The position numbers and the translations under genes were made by a program. The notes beneath the pieces are model-generated. The model was not told the DNA's origin and did no database searches. It worked only from the letters and a program-made list of their open reading frames with translations. A stretch of DNA of 64,000 nucleotides. It comes from Malacoraja senta (taxonomy: Eukaryota). Shown here in pieces: positions 63,836 to 64,000 of this stretch (position 1 is the first letter of the stretch; each line of letters begins with the position of its first letter). The DNA is taken from contig JAXLNO010000245.1 in the NCBI GenBank assembly GCA_038087875.1, forward strand, positions 1 to 64,000. The letters are read 5' to 3'.

Positions 63836-64000
63836 CAAACATGTTCCCCACTACCGATGTCAGGCTAACTGTCTATGATTCCGTTTTCTCTCTCCATCCT
63901 TTCGTAAACTGTGAAGTTACATTAGCTCCCCTCCAGTCCATGGGAACTGATCCAGAGTCTATAGAACATTGGACAATGATCACCAATGCATCCACGATTT

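Noticed and set aside
63092..63851. Gly/Glu- and Pro-rich ORFs
   Set aside because: Low-complexity G-rich tract.

Overview
Vertebrate genomic DNA, most likely a cartilaginous fish such as a skate or ray (inferred from the CR1 (CTATGTTT)n tails and Penelope-derived repeats). Almost all of it is retrotransposon debris and simple repeats, and no host protein-coding gene can be called confidently. The window holds three paralogous blocks (A ~1-10950, B ~14930-22225, C ~29780-59074), each ending at or near a long (TG)n array. Block-specific insertions can be checked against empty sites in the other blocks: an intact full-length L1 (40559-47166), a DIRS1-type tyrosine-recombinase retrotransposon with ITRs and ICR (53081-58034), an L2-group LINE, and a duplicated L1 3' fragment. 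Block A also carries a young Penelope element with an inverted pseudo-LTR, a 14-bp TSD and a hammerhead-like motif (1099-3489). A compact housekeeping-type promoter (ZNF143/SBS, CRE, GC box, YY1/ATG) at 28770-28890 points along the minus strand into a 3.6-kb polypurine tract, a 2.9-kb TG array and blocks B and A. Those blocks contain candidate minus-strand micro-exons. Identity values are estimates by eye, not computed alignments.
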